Positions 23,118 to 33,100 of a stretch of DNA of 39,012 nucleotides are shown one piece after another. Under the pieces are notes generated by a model. That model searched no databases. It was given only the letters and a program-made list of their open reading frames with translations, and was not told where the DNA came from. The position numbers were made by a program, and so were the translations under genes. Position 1 is the stretch's first letter; each line of letters starts with the position of its first letter. The stretch is taken from IMG/VR virus record IMGVR_UViG_3300043957_000063, positions 1 to 39,012 of that record. One strand, given 5' to 3'. The DNA comes from a virus.

Positions 23118-24557
23118 GTGAGCGTTTGGTCCACTATTTCGGGCTGGTTCAATCGTCCCCTGGTCAATGTCACGTTCACGCAGGATGACGTGGCGCAGGT
23201 ATTGGGGCAGTCTCCGGCGCAACTGTATGCCACTCAGCCGCATCTTCGCACGGTGATCTCCTTCATGGGGGACAATGTCGCGCAGGTTGGGTTGCAGTTG
23301 TTCAACAGGGAGTCGGACACGAACAGGGTCAGGGTGACCGATGACCCGTTGAACGATTTGCTGAACAGGCCGAATCCCGATATGACGCAGTTCGAACTGT
23401 TGCGTTCACTGGTGTGCGATATCGCGCTCTATGATGTCGCCTACTGGATCGTGGTGCAGGCTGACTCCCCTTCGGGGTGGATGATCCGACCGATCCCTCC
23501 ATCGTGGGTGACGATGAAGAAGCAGGGAGACGTGTTCTCCCCCCAAGTGTTCACGGTAGATCCCGAGCAGGGGCATGCCGTCGACATCAAAGCCGAGGAC
23601 ATGATCGTGTTCCATGGGTGGAATCCCTGCGATCCAGCGTCCGGCGTCTCACCCATCCGGGCGTTGAAGGACGTGGTGGCGGAACAGATTCAGGCGTGGT
23701 CATACCGCACGCAGATGTGGAAGCGTGGTGGGCGCATCGGCATGTATCTGTCCCGTCCGAAGGATGCGCCCAACTGGGATGACAAGGCCCGTGAACGCTT
23801 CCAGAGGGATTGGAAGGAATACCAGGACAACGGCGGCAAAGCCGGTTCCAGCCCTCTGCTCGAGGACGGCATGACCATGAACCGCGTCGGGTTCTCCGCT
23901 CGCGAGGACGAGTTCCTGGAAGTCACGAAGCTCTCGCTCCAGACAGTGGCCCAGGTGTATCACGTGAACCCAGTCATGGTCGGCATCCTCGACAACGCGA
24001 ACTTCAGCAACACCAAGGAATTTCGCAAAATGCTCTACTCGGAGACATTGGGCCCTCTGATGCAGATGGTGCAGGACCGTCTCAACACGTTCCTCGTGCC
24101 CAGGGTGAGCAAGGCCAGCAGCCCGTATCTGGAGTTCAACATTCAATCGAAGCTCGCCGGTGATTTCGAGGAGCAGGCCAGCGTGCTGTCCACCAGCATC
24201 GGCGCTCCCTGGATGACCGTGAACGAAGGCAGGGCACGGCAGAACCTTTCCAAGCTCGAAGGTGGGGACAGACTCAGAGTCCCGCTCAATGTGACCGAGG
24301 GTGGCCAGTCCAGCCCGCAGGATGGCGGAGACCCTCTGCCTGATGTAGTTGATGATGTGGTGAAGCGTTGGTTTGCGCGTATGAAACGTTCCAATAGTTC
24401 ACGTAAGGCAGCTGGTGAAAGTATCGATTGGAAGCGTTGGGAACGTGAGCTGCAAGCCGACCTCGTGTCGTCCGGTATTGACCAGTTCAATGCGGGCATG
24501 CTCGCGAAGCAGACGAACGTTGCGGCGATGAAATATTTTGACAGTAAGGAAGCCTAG
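23118..24557 (+). CDS. Portal protein (HK97 family)
   Basis: GTG start after AAAGGGGGA. The call rests on size, position and motifs such as LLNRPNPDMTQFELL. Confidence 0.85.
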   Translation: MSVWSTISGWFNRPLVNVTFTQDDVAQVLGQSPAQLYATQPHLRTVISFMGDNVAQVGLQLFNRESDTNRVRVTDDPLNDLLNRPNPDMTQFELLRSLVCDIALYDVAYWIVVQADSPSGWMIRPIPPSWVTMKKQGDVFSPQVFTVDPEQGHAVDIKAEDMIVFHGWNPCDPASGVSPIRALKDVVAEQIQAWSYRTQMWKRGGRIGMYLSRPKDAPNWDDKARERFQRDWKEYQDNGGKAGSSPLLEDGMTMNRVGFSAREDEFLEVTKLSLQTVAQVYHVNPVMVGILDNANFSNTKEFRKMLYSETLGPLMQMVQDRLNTFLVPRVSKASSPYLEFNIQSKLAGDFEEQASVLSTSIGAPWMTVNEGRARQNLSKLEGGDRLRVPLNVTEGGQSSPQDGGDPLPDVVDDVVKRWFARMKRSNSSRKAAGESIDWKRWERELQADLVSSGIDQFNAGMLAKQTNVAAMKYFDSKEA

Positions 24558-24559
24558 CC

Positions 24560-25357
24560 ATGAAGCTTAAGGATATGCCGGTATCGTTCCGGACCGACGG
24601 TGACGATCTGGAGGATGGCCAGTTTCTGGTCTACCCCTCGACGTTCACCCGCACCCCTGACTCGTATGGTGACGTCGTAGCAAAGAATGCGTTCGACGAT
24701 ACCATCCAGCAGTGGAAGCAGTCGGGGAACGTGATGCCGATCATGTACGGGCATCGCATGGATGATCCTGATTACAATCTCGGCGGCGCAATCGACATGG
24801 GAACCGATGACCATGGTTGGTGGGTCAAGGGCCAGTTCGACATGGACTCACCCAAGGCTGCGCAGGTGTACAGGCTGGTGAAGGGCAAGCGTCTTTCCCA
24901 ACTATCGTTTGCCTTCGATGTACTGGACGAGGGGACCGTGCAACTTGACGATGGCCAAACAGCCAACGAGTTGAGAAAGCTTCAGGTTTACGAAGCCTCG
25001 TTCGTACCTGTCGGAGCTAACCAGGACACATCGATCGTGGCGGTCAAATCAGCAGCCGACATGCTCACTGCGGAGGTCAAGTCGGGGCGCGTCATCTCCG
25101 CGAAGAATGAAAGCTCGCTGCGTGAATCCGTATCCCAGATCACTGCTGCAGCGGAAAGCCTGAACAATGTCCTGTCCCAGTTGGATGGGGAGAAAACCAA
25201 TCTTGATGTGGATGAAGCCAGCGGTAACGCCGAAGCCAAGACCGAGGAGCCTGAACAGGCCAAGGTCGAGGAGCGGAAAGCCAATCCGTCCGTGGAGGCC
25301 ATGTCGCAGTTAATACACATCTATGAGCAGACAGCTCAGGAAGGAGATTCACTGTGA
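24560..25357 (+). CDS. Prohead protease (HK97 type) with a C-terminal acidic coiled extension
   Basis: Motifs GQFLVYPSTFTRTPDSYGDVVAKNAF, MPIMYGH, LSQLSFAF, YEASFVPVGAN. Confidence 0.85.
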   Translation: MKLKDMPVSFRTDGDDLEDGQFLVYPSTFTRTPDSYGDVVAKNAFDDTIQQWKQSGNVMPIMYGHRMDDPDYNLGGAIDMGTDDHGWWVKGQFDMDSPKAAQVYRLVKGKRLSQLSFAFDVLDEGTVQLDDGQTANELRKLQVYEASFVPVGANQDTSIVAVKSAADMLTAEVKSGRVISAKNESSLRESVSQITAAAESLNNVLSQLDGEKTNLDVDEASGNAEAKTEEPEQAKVEERKANPSVEAMSQLIHIYEQTAQEGDSL

Positions 25358-26595
25358 ATCTCAAGGAGAAACGCGCTGCGGCACTCGCCAAGGCGCAGAA
25401 GTTCAACGAGCGCATCGCCAACGGAGAGGAACTCGGCGAAGACGATGTCACCGCATTGAAGGGCATCCTCGCCGAAGTGAAGGACTTGGACGCACAGCTG
25501 GCTAAGGCTGCGGAGAAGAAGACCCTGCTCGACCAGCTCGGTTCCCTCGGTAAGAAGGAATCCAAGGTCGACAATGAGGCCAAGTCTGGCGTGATCGATG
25601 CCAAGACTCCAGGCGAGTTCTTCATGAAGAGCTTGAAGAACGCTGGTCTGACCGTTCTCGACACGAAGACCCGAGGATTCCAGACCACCGAGTTCAAGGG
25701 CGCAACCGACTTGCATCGCATTGGACAAGAGACAGGCGCTTTCGGCCCGCTGGTCACTGACATTGACAAGAACTTCGTCATGCCATACCAGCGTCCGCTC
25801 CTATTCGCCGACATCCTCGGCTCGGGCACGGTTTCCGGCAACAGCATCAAGTATCCAGTGTTCAAACCGCTCGAGGGGGCCACGGCATTCGTGGCCGAGG
25901 GTGGTGCGAAACCTCAGATCCATCTGGCTGACCCCACATGGGTGACCGATTCGCTTGCCGAGGTCGCGGGATTCTTCAATATCACCGATGACATGGCGGA
26001 GGATGCCGACTATGTGGTGTCCGAAATCAACTCGACCGCACTCTACGACTTGCAGCTGCGCGAGGAACTTGCCTTGCTGTCCGGGGACGGCACCAGCAAC
26101 TCCATCAAGGGCGTGCTCAAACGCGACGGCATCCAGACTGTGGCGAACGTTTCGAAAGGGACGATCAGCGACCCTGATCTGATCTTCAAGGGCATTTCCG
26201 CCGTGCAGGAGGTAACCGGCTTCGCTGCTGATGGCATCGTCATTAACCCAGCCGACTATCAGGCCATTCGTCTGTCCAAGGATTCGAACGGACAGTACTT
26301 TGGTGGCGGTTTCTTCGCTGGCCAGTATGGCAATGGTGAAATCATGCAGAATCCATCGTTGTGGGGGCTTCGCACCGTCGTGTCCGCCAGCATCCCGAAG
26401 GGTACTGTCGCTGTCGGCGCGTTCTCGATCGCCGCGAAGGTGTTCCGCAAGGGTGGTGTGCGCATCGAATCCACTAACTCGCATGGCGATGATTTCACCA
26501 ACGATCAGATCACCGTGCGCCTGCGCGAACGTCTCGGATTGCAGGTCAAGTATCCGGCAGCCATCGCCAAGGTGACTCTTGGCACTACGGCATGA
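25354..26595 (+). CDS. Major capsid protein (HK97 fold) with an N-terminal delta/scaffold domain
   Basis: Coiled N-terminus KEKRAAALAKAQKFNERI.... The call also rests on size and on position after the protease. Confidence 0.85.
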   Translation: MNLKEKRAAALAKAQKFNERIANGEELGEDDVTALKGILAEVKDLDAQLAKAAEKKTLLDQLGSLGKKESKVDNEAKSGVIDAKTPGEFFMKSLKNAGLTVLDTKTRGFQTTEFKGATDLHRIGQETGAFGPLVTDIDKNFVMPYQRPLLFADILGSGTVSGNSIKYPVFKPLEGATAFVAEGGAKPQIHLADPTWVTDSLAEVAGFFNITDDMAEDADYVVSEINSTALYDLQLREELALLSGDGTSNSIKGVLKRDGIQTVANVSKGTISDPDLIFKGISAVQEVTGFAADGIVINPADYQAIRLSKDSNGQYFGGGFFAGQYGNGEIMQNPSLWGLRTVVSASIPKGTVAVGAFSIAAKVFRKGGVRIESTNSHGDDFTNDQITVRLRERLGLQVKYPAAIAKVTLGTTA

Positions 26596-26762
26596 GGTGC
26601 TCGCCGATGATGAAACCCTATGAACTCAACGGCCGCACCTTCCTGTATAGGGAAGGTCAACAGCCGAAGGGCGCGGTTGAGGTCACGCAACGAGCACCAG
26701 AGAACAAGGACGCATCCAAAACGGTGAAGCGCAAAACCTCCACCGCCAGACAAGAGAAGTGA
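26592..26762 (+). CDS. Small conserved head-module protein (about 50-56 aa; the start may be 26607)
   Basis: ATGA overlap with the capsid stop. The segment KPYELNGRTFLYREG resembles small ORFs commonly found after capsid genes. Confidence 0.45.
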   Translation: MRCSPMMKPYELNGRTFLYREGQQPKGAVEVTQRAPENKDASKTVKRKTSTARQEK

Positions 26763-26774
26763 GGTGATGGGGCG

Positions 26775-27305
26775 ATGGTTGAATCGATTCCAGACCTGGT
26801 ATCCAGTGATACGACGGTGGACTCGTCGACATGGCTCAAGGCCGCACAGCAATCCGTGCGATCCTACTGCGGCTGGCACATCGCCCCAAACATCACACAG
26901 ACCCTGAAACTAGACTCCTACGGCGCGCGCACCCTGCTGCTGCCATCCATGCACGTCACCGACATCTCAAGCCTGCTGGTGAACGGCGTTGAAATGAAAG
27001 ACAGCATCGATTGGGGCATCGCAGGGACCGTGCGCCTGCGTGAAGGATGTTTCCCCGACTGTCCAGGAGCCGTACAAGTCACGTTGTCCCACGGTTTCGA
27101 TGCCAGTGAAGTCGCAGACGTGACATCGCTGATATTGAAGCTCGCGCAACGCGGTTCGACTGGTCCTGGAGTCATCGGCTCGCAATCCACGAACGGTTCG
27201 AGCGTCACCTTCATCACCGCAGGCGGAGCACCATTGAGTATCCCACTCCTGCAGATTGAGAAGGACGCAATAGAGCCGTACAGGCTGACATGGGGAGTGT
27301 CATGA
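26775..27305 (+). CDS. Head-tail connector (gp6-like)
   Basis: Position, size and GAGGTGA RBS. Confidence 0.6.
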   Translation: MVESIPDLVSSDTTVDSSTWLKAAQQSVRSYCGWHIAPNITQTLKLDSYGARTLLLPSMHVTDISSLLVNGVEMKDSIDWGIAGTVRLREGCFPDCPGAVQVTLSHGFDASEVADVTSLILKLAQRGSTGPGVIGSQSTNGSSVTFITAGGAPLSIPLLQIEKDAIEPYRLTWGVS

Positions 27306-27694
27306 GCACCGCAGCCGATTACGTAAAGCAGAATTCAACGTTTTCGCTGCGGTACACGGGACAGTTCACACGCCAGCGCAGGAAGCAGGTCGTTGACCCG
27401 TACGATCCAGACACCGCCACGCTTGGCGATTGGACCGATACGGACGACATACAGGTGGACGGTGCCTTGGCATCACTCACCAGCGTCGAACAGGACGATG
27501 CCATGCGCAGTGAGGTGCTCAGCACGGCTCAATTCGTTTCAGACAATCCCGATCTTGATGTCAGACGTGGCGACCGGCTACTGGCTTCTGATGGGCGCAA
27601 ATGGAACGTGGTCGGCTACCCGACTCGTGACATGAACGCTTTCACCGGCTGGCAGCCGACAATCGTATGCAACCTTGAGGAGGTGACCGGATAA
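27290..27694 (+). CDS. Head-tail adaptor / head closure protein (the start could be 27302)
   Basis: Position in the connector block. Confidence 0.55.
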   Translation: MGSVMSTAADYVKQNSTFSLRYTGQFTRQRRKQVVDPYDPDTATLGDWTDTDDIQVDGALASLTSVEQDDAMRSEVLSTAQFVSDNPDLDVRRGDRLLASDGRKWNVVGYPTRDMNAFTGWQPTIVCNLEEVTG

Positions 27695-27981
27695 TGCCAA
27701 GAGCAGGACAGACGCAAGTGGATTTCAATGACGCGTTCTTCGAATCGATCCTGCGCAGCTCCGGCGTCAAAAGCCTCTGTACGCAGAAAGCCGAAAAGGT
27801 GCTGCAAGCCGCAAAAGCCAGTGCCCCCGTCGATAGCGGAGCATACAGGGACGGCCTGCAACTGCGCACGGTATCCAGAGCGCACCGAGACACCATCATG
27901 GTAGTGGGCACGGACGCGAAAACCATGCTCATCGAATCCAAGACCGGCAACCTCGCCCGCGCATTGAAGGCCGCGAAATGA
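27694..27981 (+). CDS. HK97 gp10-like tail-head joining protein
   Basis: The motif APVDSGAYRDGL resembles the gp10-family D-T/S-G-x-L-R motif. Confidence 0.6.
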   Translation: MPRAGQTQVDFNDAFFESILRSSGVKSLCTQKAEKVLQAAKASAPVDSGAYRDGLQLRTVSRAHRDTIMVVGTDAKTMLIESKTGNLARALKAAK

Positions 27982-28391
27982 CCCTCTACCTGCCACCAGA
28001 CATGGAACTGTTCCTCACCGGATGGCTGCGCTCGCAGATTCCTGATGTGCGTTTCGTCAACAAGGAGCCGGAAGATCTTTCGACTCCACTAGCCAACCCT
28101 GTTGTTGTGATACGTGACGATTCGGGAACCAAGACATCGTATGCGACGTTCGACCGTTCCATTGGGGTGAGCGTGCTCGCCGGGTCGAAGACCAATGACA
28201 AGCCCGCTAATGATCTTGCGAGACTTGTATTTGCATATCTAACGAGCGACGATATCGTATCCGCGCCTGATTCTCCCGTTGCTTCCATCATTGAGGGTGG
28301 CTGCAACGGTCCGTATCCGGTGCAGGATGATCAGGATTACGCACGTCGATATCTGACCGTCGAATATTCGACCATTGGATCCATTCAATAA
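27978..28391 (+). CDS. Tail terminator / tail completion protein
   Basis: Position immediately before the major tail protein. ATGA coupling with the upstream gene. Confidence 0.55.
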   Translation: MTLYLPPDMELFLTGWLRSQIPDVRFVNKEPEDLSTPLANPVVVIRDDSGTKTSYATFDRSIGVSVLAGSKTNDKPANDLARLVFAYLTSDDIVSAPDSPVASIIEGGCNGPYPVQDDQDYARRYLTVEYSTIGSIQ

Positions 28392-28415
28392 ACAATCAGT
28401 ATCTATTTATCATGT

Positions 28416-28439
28416 GCCACCTTTTTGAGGTGGCTTTTT
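28416..28439 (+). terminator. Hairpin plus T-run before the major tail gene
   Basis: Stem gccacct / aggtggc followed by ttttta. Confidence 0.6.
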
Positions 28440-28456
28440 ATATATAAGGAGAAAAC

Positions 28457-29038
28457 ATGACTTCTGACAGCAAGGGCAATGATCTTCAAGCCGTTGACGT
28501 ACCTATCACGGGACAGCTTGCAATAGCGCCCTATGATGCAGCAAACCTCTTGACCTCCGAGCAGGGCGGAGGGAAGACGGTGACGTGGCCGAAAACCAAT
28601 CCGTATGAATGGCTTGGCCTGATCAAGCAGGATGGTGGAGCGACCGAAAGCCAGGACCAGGACGATGCCATCGAGTTCTTCCAGAAGGGCTACTACCTGA
28701 ACCAGGATCCCACCATGACGATCCAATGGGGTTTGGCGGAGTTCAACGCCGCGGTGCGCAAGCTCATCACCGGCCAGACCGCGGACGCGAACGGCATGAT
28801 CGCCGTCGACACGTACACGCCGGACACCAGGTGGGTCCTGTTCTACGAGGAGGTCTACAAGAACGGGAAGATCCGCCGTCTCAACGGCGTCATCCAGGTG
28901 ACCACCACCGAGGTCGACCAGTCCGAGCGAGGCAGTGTAAAGGGCAGGACCGTGACCATGACGTGGCAGCCCGACAAGATCGTGGGCAATGGTTCCACCA
29001 CCAAGTTCAATGAATGGCAGTACGACCCAAAAGCGTGA
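28457..29038 (+). CDS. Major tail protein (frame-0 product, 193 aa)
   Basis: AAGGAG RBS. Position between the tail terminator and the chaperone genes. Predicted beta-rich composition. Confidence 0.75.
   Translation: MTSDSKGNDLQAVDVPITGQLAIAPYDAANLLTSEQGGGKTVTWPKTNPYEWLGLIKQDGGATESQDQDDAIEFFQKGYYLNQDPTMTIQWGLAEFNAAVRKLITGQTADANGMIAVDTYTPDTRWVLFYEEVYKNGKIRRLNGVIQVTTTEVDQSERGSVKGRTVTMTWQPDKIVGNGSTTKFNEWQYDPKA
29026..29032 (+). promoter_or_regulatory. -1 slippery heptamer C_CCA_AAA, 4 nt before the major tail protein stop
   Basis: Frame-0 codons gaC CCA AAA GCG TGA. The -1 frame stays open for 91 further codons. Confidence 0.65.
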
Positions 29039-29304
29039 AGTCGGTAGTGGTAACCGCCTCTGACGGCGGAACTACTCCGACAGTGCAAGTTGGCTCAACA
29101 ATTCAACTGAAGGCCGTTGCAACATTGGCAGACGCTTCGACGATTGATGTCACCGCATCGTCACAGTGGGCATCGAATGCGGTGTCCAAGGCAACTGTTG
29201 ATGGCTCAGGGAAGGTTACCGGCGTTGCTGCGGGGACGACGGAAGTTACCGCTACAAGCGGTGACGTTACATCGTCTGCCGTGACTGTCACAGTATCCGC
29301 CTGA
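29032..29304 (+). CDS. -1 frame extension encoding a Big_2-type Ig-like domain (C-terminal extension of the major tail protein)
   Basis: The sequence KSVVVTASDGGTTPTVQVGSTIQLKAVATLADASTIDVTASSQWASNAVSKATVDGSGKVTGVAAGTTEVTATSGDVTSSAVTVTV is a typical Big_2 pattern. The internal ATG at 29014 has no RBS. Confidence 0.65.
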   Translation, partial: SVKSVVVTASDGGTTPTVQVGSTIQLKAVATLADASTIDVTASSQWASNAVSKATVDGSGKVTGVAAGTTEVTATSGDVTSSAVTVTVSA

Positions 29305-29313
29305 AAGTTATTC

Positions 29314-29357
29314 ATCCCATCCGTGTGGTTCATGCTCTCCATGCGGATGGGATTTTC
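29314..29357 (+). terminator. Terminator-like hairpin after the Ig-like extension
   Basis: 10-bp stem atcccatccg / cggatgggat followed by tttt. Confidence 0.55.
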
Positions 29358-29392
29358 ACAGAAAAAGAGCCTCATCTTAAAGGAGCATAAGA

Positions 29393-29794
29393 ATGGTACA
29401 GAAGAACGATATTCCAGATGATCTCAACTTTGAAGAAGCCACCGAAGAATCATATGAAGCAGGAATCGTCGAAGCTGGCAAGACATTGGAGAACCGCTAT
29501 ATTGTCAGATTCCCTAACCTGTATGTGAAAACTTACGAGGGACATACTTACCGCCTACCGCTGGCAGTGAGGGCTGACTACTTCGATGACGAGGACGGCC
29601 AGGAATCGCCATTAGCGCAGATCAGATCGGTGCTGACGCGCGAGAATCCAACCAAACGTAAATTGATCAACAGTGAAATGTCGGTCACCTTGCTTGCCAT
29701 TGGCGACAGGTATGCGGATGTTATCGCCGACGTGCAGATGGCATCACTGGGAAAATACAAGGCTTCCTCCGCAGTATCGAAGCCGACCGAGTAG
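29393..29794 (+). CDS. Tail assembly chaperone (gpG-like, frame-0 product)
   Basis: Acidic protein located directly upstream of the tape measure gene. AAGGAG RBS. Confidence 0.75.
   Translation: MVQKNDIPDDLNFEEATEESYEAGIVEAGKTLENRYIVRFPNLYVKTYEGHTYRLPLAVRADYFDDEDGQESPLAQIRSVLTRENPTKRKLINSEMSVTLLAIGDRYADVIADVQMASLGKYKASSAVSKPTE
29749..29755 (+). promoter_or_regulatory. -1 slippery heptamer G_GGA_AAA for the G/GT chaperone frameshift
   Basis: Frame-0 codons ctG GGA AAA. The -1 frame is open from 29755 to 30117 and ends with an ATGA overlap on the tape measure start. Confidence 0.75.
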
Positions 29795-30117
29795 AAGCCG
29801 CTGCGGACTTCGCCAGGCTCGGCTGGTCACTGACTGGTGATGTGGGTAGACGGCTGCGTTACGGCGACGCGATGGCGTTGTACGCCTCCCTTATGGCCGA
29901 TCCATCAAGCATGACCGGGGCCAAACATCTCGGATTGGACTATCCGATGAGCTGGGAAGGGTTGTCCGCCGCCTTCCACCAGCGAGGGTATCTGATGCCG
30001 GCACCCCTGCGCATCGGTGAAGAACCGTGGAGTGACCCTGCTGACGATGAGGAATTGGAACAGGCTAAAGCGAAACTCAGCCCGTTCCCCGGAGTGAACG
30101 TTGAGGAGTTGGCATGA
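29755..30117 (+). CDS. gpT-like -1 frame extension of the tail assembly chaperone
   Basis: Continuous -1 reading frame (IQGFLRSIEADRVEAAADFARLGW...). It contains the 29842..30117 ORF from the track. Confidence 0.7.
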   Translation: MQGFLRSIEADRVEAAADFARLGWSLTGDVGRRLRYGDAMALYASLMADPSSMTGAKHLGLDYPMSWEGLSAAFHQRGYLMPAPLRIGEEPWSDPADDEELEQAKAKLSPFPGVNVEELA

Positions 30118-33100
30118 CAGGTGCAGCAGGGGCCGAGGTAGGTTCGGGACACGTTTCAATCTTCCCCGTCATGACAGGGTTCCGGTCGATGGTCTCCAAG
30201 GAGATCCAGGCATCGGGCAAGGAAGGTGGCAGCATCTTCTCTCGCGCCTTCCAAGGCGTCGGGTCGAAGGCGGGATCATCTCTCGGCAAGGATATGAAGA
30301 GCGCGTTCAACGGTTCGGCCGGTGACCTGGCTTCACCCGCTTTGAAGAAGATGCAGTCTGAGGTGGCATCAGCAGCCCGTGCGATGAGCGCAGCGAGACT
30401 CAAGCAGCAGGACGCTGCAGGCAAAGTGCGCGTTGCCGAAGCGCAGTTGGCGGCGGCGATAGCGAAGAACGGTGCCGAATCGGTGCAGGCCGTAGCCGCT
30501 TCCGAGCGTCTTGCCTCGGCGAAACGCAGGGAACAATCCACCTCGGAGGCACTGACGGCGGCCGAAGGTCGCCTCAAGGATGCCAAAAAGGCAGTCTCCG
30601 ATGTCAAACAGGCCACCATAGAAGCACCAAAGACAGGCGTGTTCACCAACGCCATCCAACGTATCCGCAGCAGCGTACAGGGATTGAACCGTGAGAACGT
30701 CGATGCGGTCTCCTCGAAGCTCTCTGGCTTCGGTGTTAAGTGGGGAGTAGTCGCCGGAGTAGCCGGGGCGGCGACACAGCGGATCATGGGATTGTTCTCG
30801 GGCATGATCTCTGGTGCCATGGATGCCTCGGATTCGACGCAAAAGTTTAAGAATACGTTGAACTTTGCAGGAATCGACACCGAGACCATCGGCAAGCTCG
30901 TCGACCAGACCCAGGTCTACGCCGACAGGACCGTCTATAATCTCGGTGACATCCGTTCCGCGACAGCCCAGTTGGCATCCAACGGTGTGAAGGACTACGC
31001 GAATCTAGTGGAGGCCGCTGGCAACCTGAACGCCGTGGCCGGTGGTAATGCGGACACGTTCAAAAGCGTGACGATGGTGCTCACCCAGACCGCAGGAGCG
31101 GGAAAGCTCACCACAGAGAACTGGAACCAGCTTCGTGATGCGATCCCCGGCGCTTCGGGAAAGATCCAGGATGCCTTGAAGAAGAACAAGGCCTTCACCG
31201 GGAACTTCTCCGACGCTTTGGAGAAGGGCCAGGTCAGCGCCGACGAGTTCAACCAGGCGCTCATGGATCTTGGCATGACCGACATTGCGAAGAAGGCGGC
31301 GGCCGACAGCAGCACATTCGAAGGTGCGATGGGCAACTGGGAGGCTGCTGTCGAGAAGTTCGGCAGCACGTTCCTGGACACGATGAAACCCCAATTGACA
31401 GGGGCCATCAATTTCGCTTCAGACAAGCTCGGTAACTTCACCAACTGGTTCAAAAGAACGTGGGATTCGGTCTCTGGACTCATTGAGAAGAAGGACTTCA
31501 AAGGCGCGTTCAAGAAGGCCTTCAACGTCGACGACTCCACCATGCGCCGGTTGGAGGAATCATTCTCAGGCATCCATGAGGGATTGAACACCATCGGTGA
31601 CGCGTTAAGCCCGCTCAAATCCAAGGTGACCGGTGCCGGCAGCTCGTTCCCCACGTTGAACCGGGGGCTGAACGGGTTCGCGCAGGCATTGGACACCGTG
31701 CAGCCCGTGCTCCCGGCCATCGCGAAACTGCTCGACCTGTTCGGTGAACTCCCTACGGGAGTGCAGTCCGCCGTGCTCGGTTTCGCTCTGTTCGGCAGGC
31801 AGGCCAGCATGGTGCTCTCACCGATCGGCATGGTGGTGAAAGCCTCGGCTGGATTGGTGAAGGGCATCGGATCCGTAGGCAGCGCCATCGGTGGCCTGGT
31901 GTCGGGCAGACTCTCGAAATCCAGTTCCATAACGTCCATAGCCGAATCATTGGAGGATGCGGGCAGCAATGCCTCAGGCGCAGCTCCGAAGATCAGCAAT
32001 GCGGCCAAGAGCGTGGAAACCCTTGACACTAAAGCAGCCGGAGCGGTCAAGAAAACAGGTGGACTGTCATCCGCATTAGGGGGCATCAGTCCCGCAAGCG
32101 TAGCCTTTGGCGCAGCCGCACTCGGCGTCACGGCTTATACCGCCACAATGAGCGACCAAATGCAGAAAACCCAGAATATGGTCGATGACTTCTCCGCGGC
32201 AATGAAAGAAGGAGCAGATAGTGTAAGTAGCTTCTGGTCGAAGATGCAATCCGGACAGTCTGGCGACCTTGGCATCATCGATAAACTGAGCTCACTGGGT
32301 AAAGACAGTAACTTATCCTCACTGGTCAAAGACACGGGGACCAGCTGGTCAACCGTCAAGGATGCGATAACCGGCACCGGTGATGCCATGTCTCAACTGG
32401 ATAAGGCAGCCGGTTCGGGAATAACCTTCAACGGCACATACAAGGCGAAAATGCAGAGCCTTCGCGATGTGGTGAACGATCTGAAAGGTTCCTACCAGGA
32501 CACTATCAAGGAGATGATCGAATATTCGCAGACCCAGAACGCGATTAATAACGGTACCAGCGCTGTCCAATCCGCTTTCAGCCAACTCTCTACCACGCTG
32601 AAAGCCAACGGCGACGATCTGGCGAACAACGGACAGTTGACAGCCGCTTCACAGCAAGCAGTGAGTTCAGCTACCGATGCATTGTGGCAGAATGTGCAAG
32701 CTCAACTGGAGTATGGGAAAACCAGCGGGGATATGTCCACCGCCATCCAAGGCGCTAAAAACAGTGTCCAACAGATGCGAGACTCACTGATCGCCACTCT
32801 GGAACAGCAGGGAATGAGTTCTCAAGCAGCTGCACAGTACGCGGACTCTCTCGGCCTGATACCGGCAAATGTGAACACCACCTTCACAGAGAATTCCACA
32901 CTGACCAAAGGCGAGGTGGAAGCCTACCTCAATACCTTGGGATTGACTCCAGCACAGAAAAGCACCGTGATGAACGCATTGACCAACCAGGCCAATGGGG
33001 ACATCAACAACTTGCATCTGAACATGAACAGTTTGCCAGGAAAAGTACAGACCCTGCTAACCGCTGACAATACGGATGCCCAGAAGAAAACAGCTGAAGC

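Noticed and set aside
29014-29304. Independent 96-aa Ig-domain protein starting at ATG 29014
   Set aside because: There is no ribosome-binding site, and the ATG lies inside the major tail gene. A canonical slippery heptamer in the correct phase makes a frameshift fusion more likely. This alternative is kept open in the corresponding finding.
30077-32131. 272-aa, 157-aa and 378-aa minus-strand ORFs
   Set aside because: They are antisense to the tape measure gene. Their low-complexity Ala/Ser/Pro composition mirrors the sense strand.
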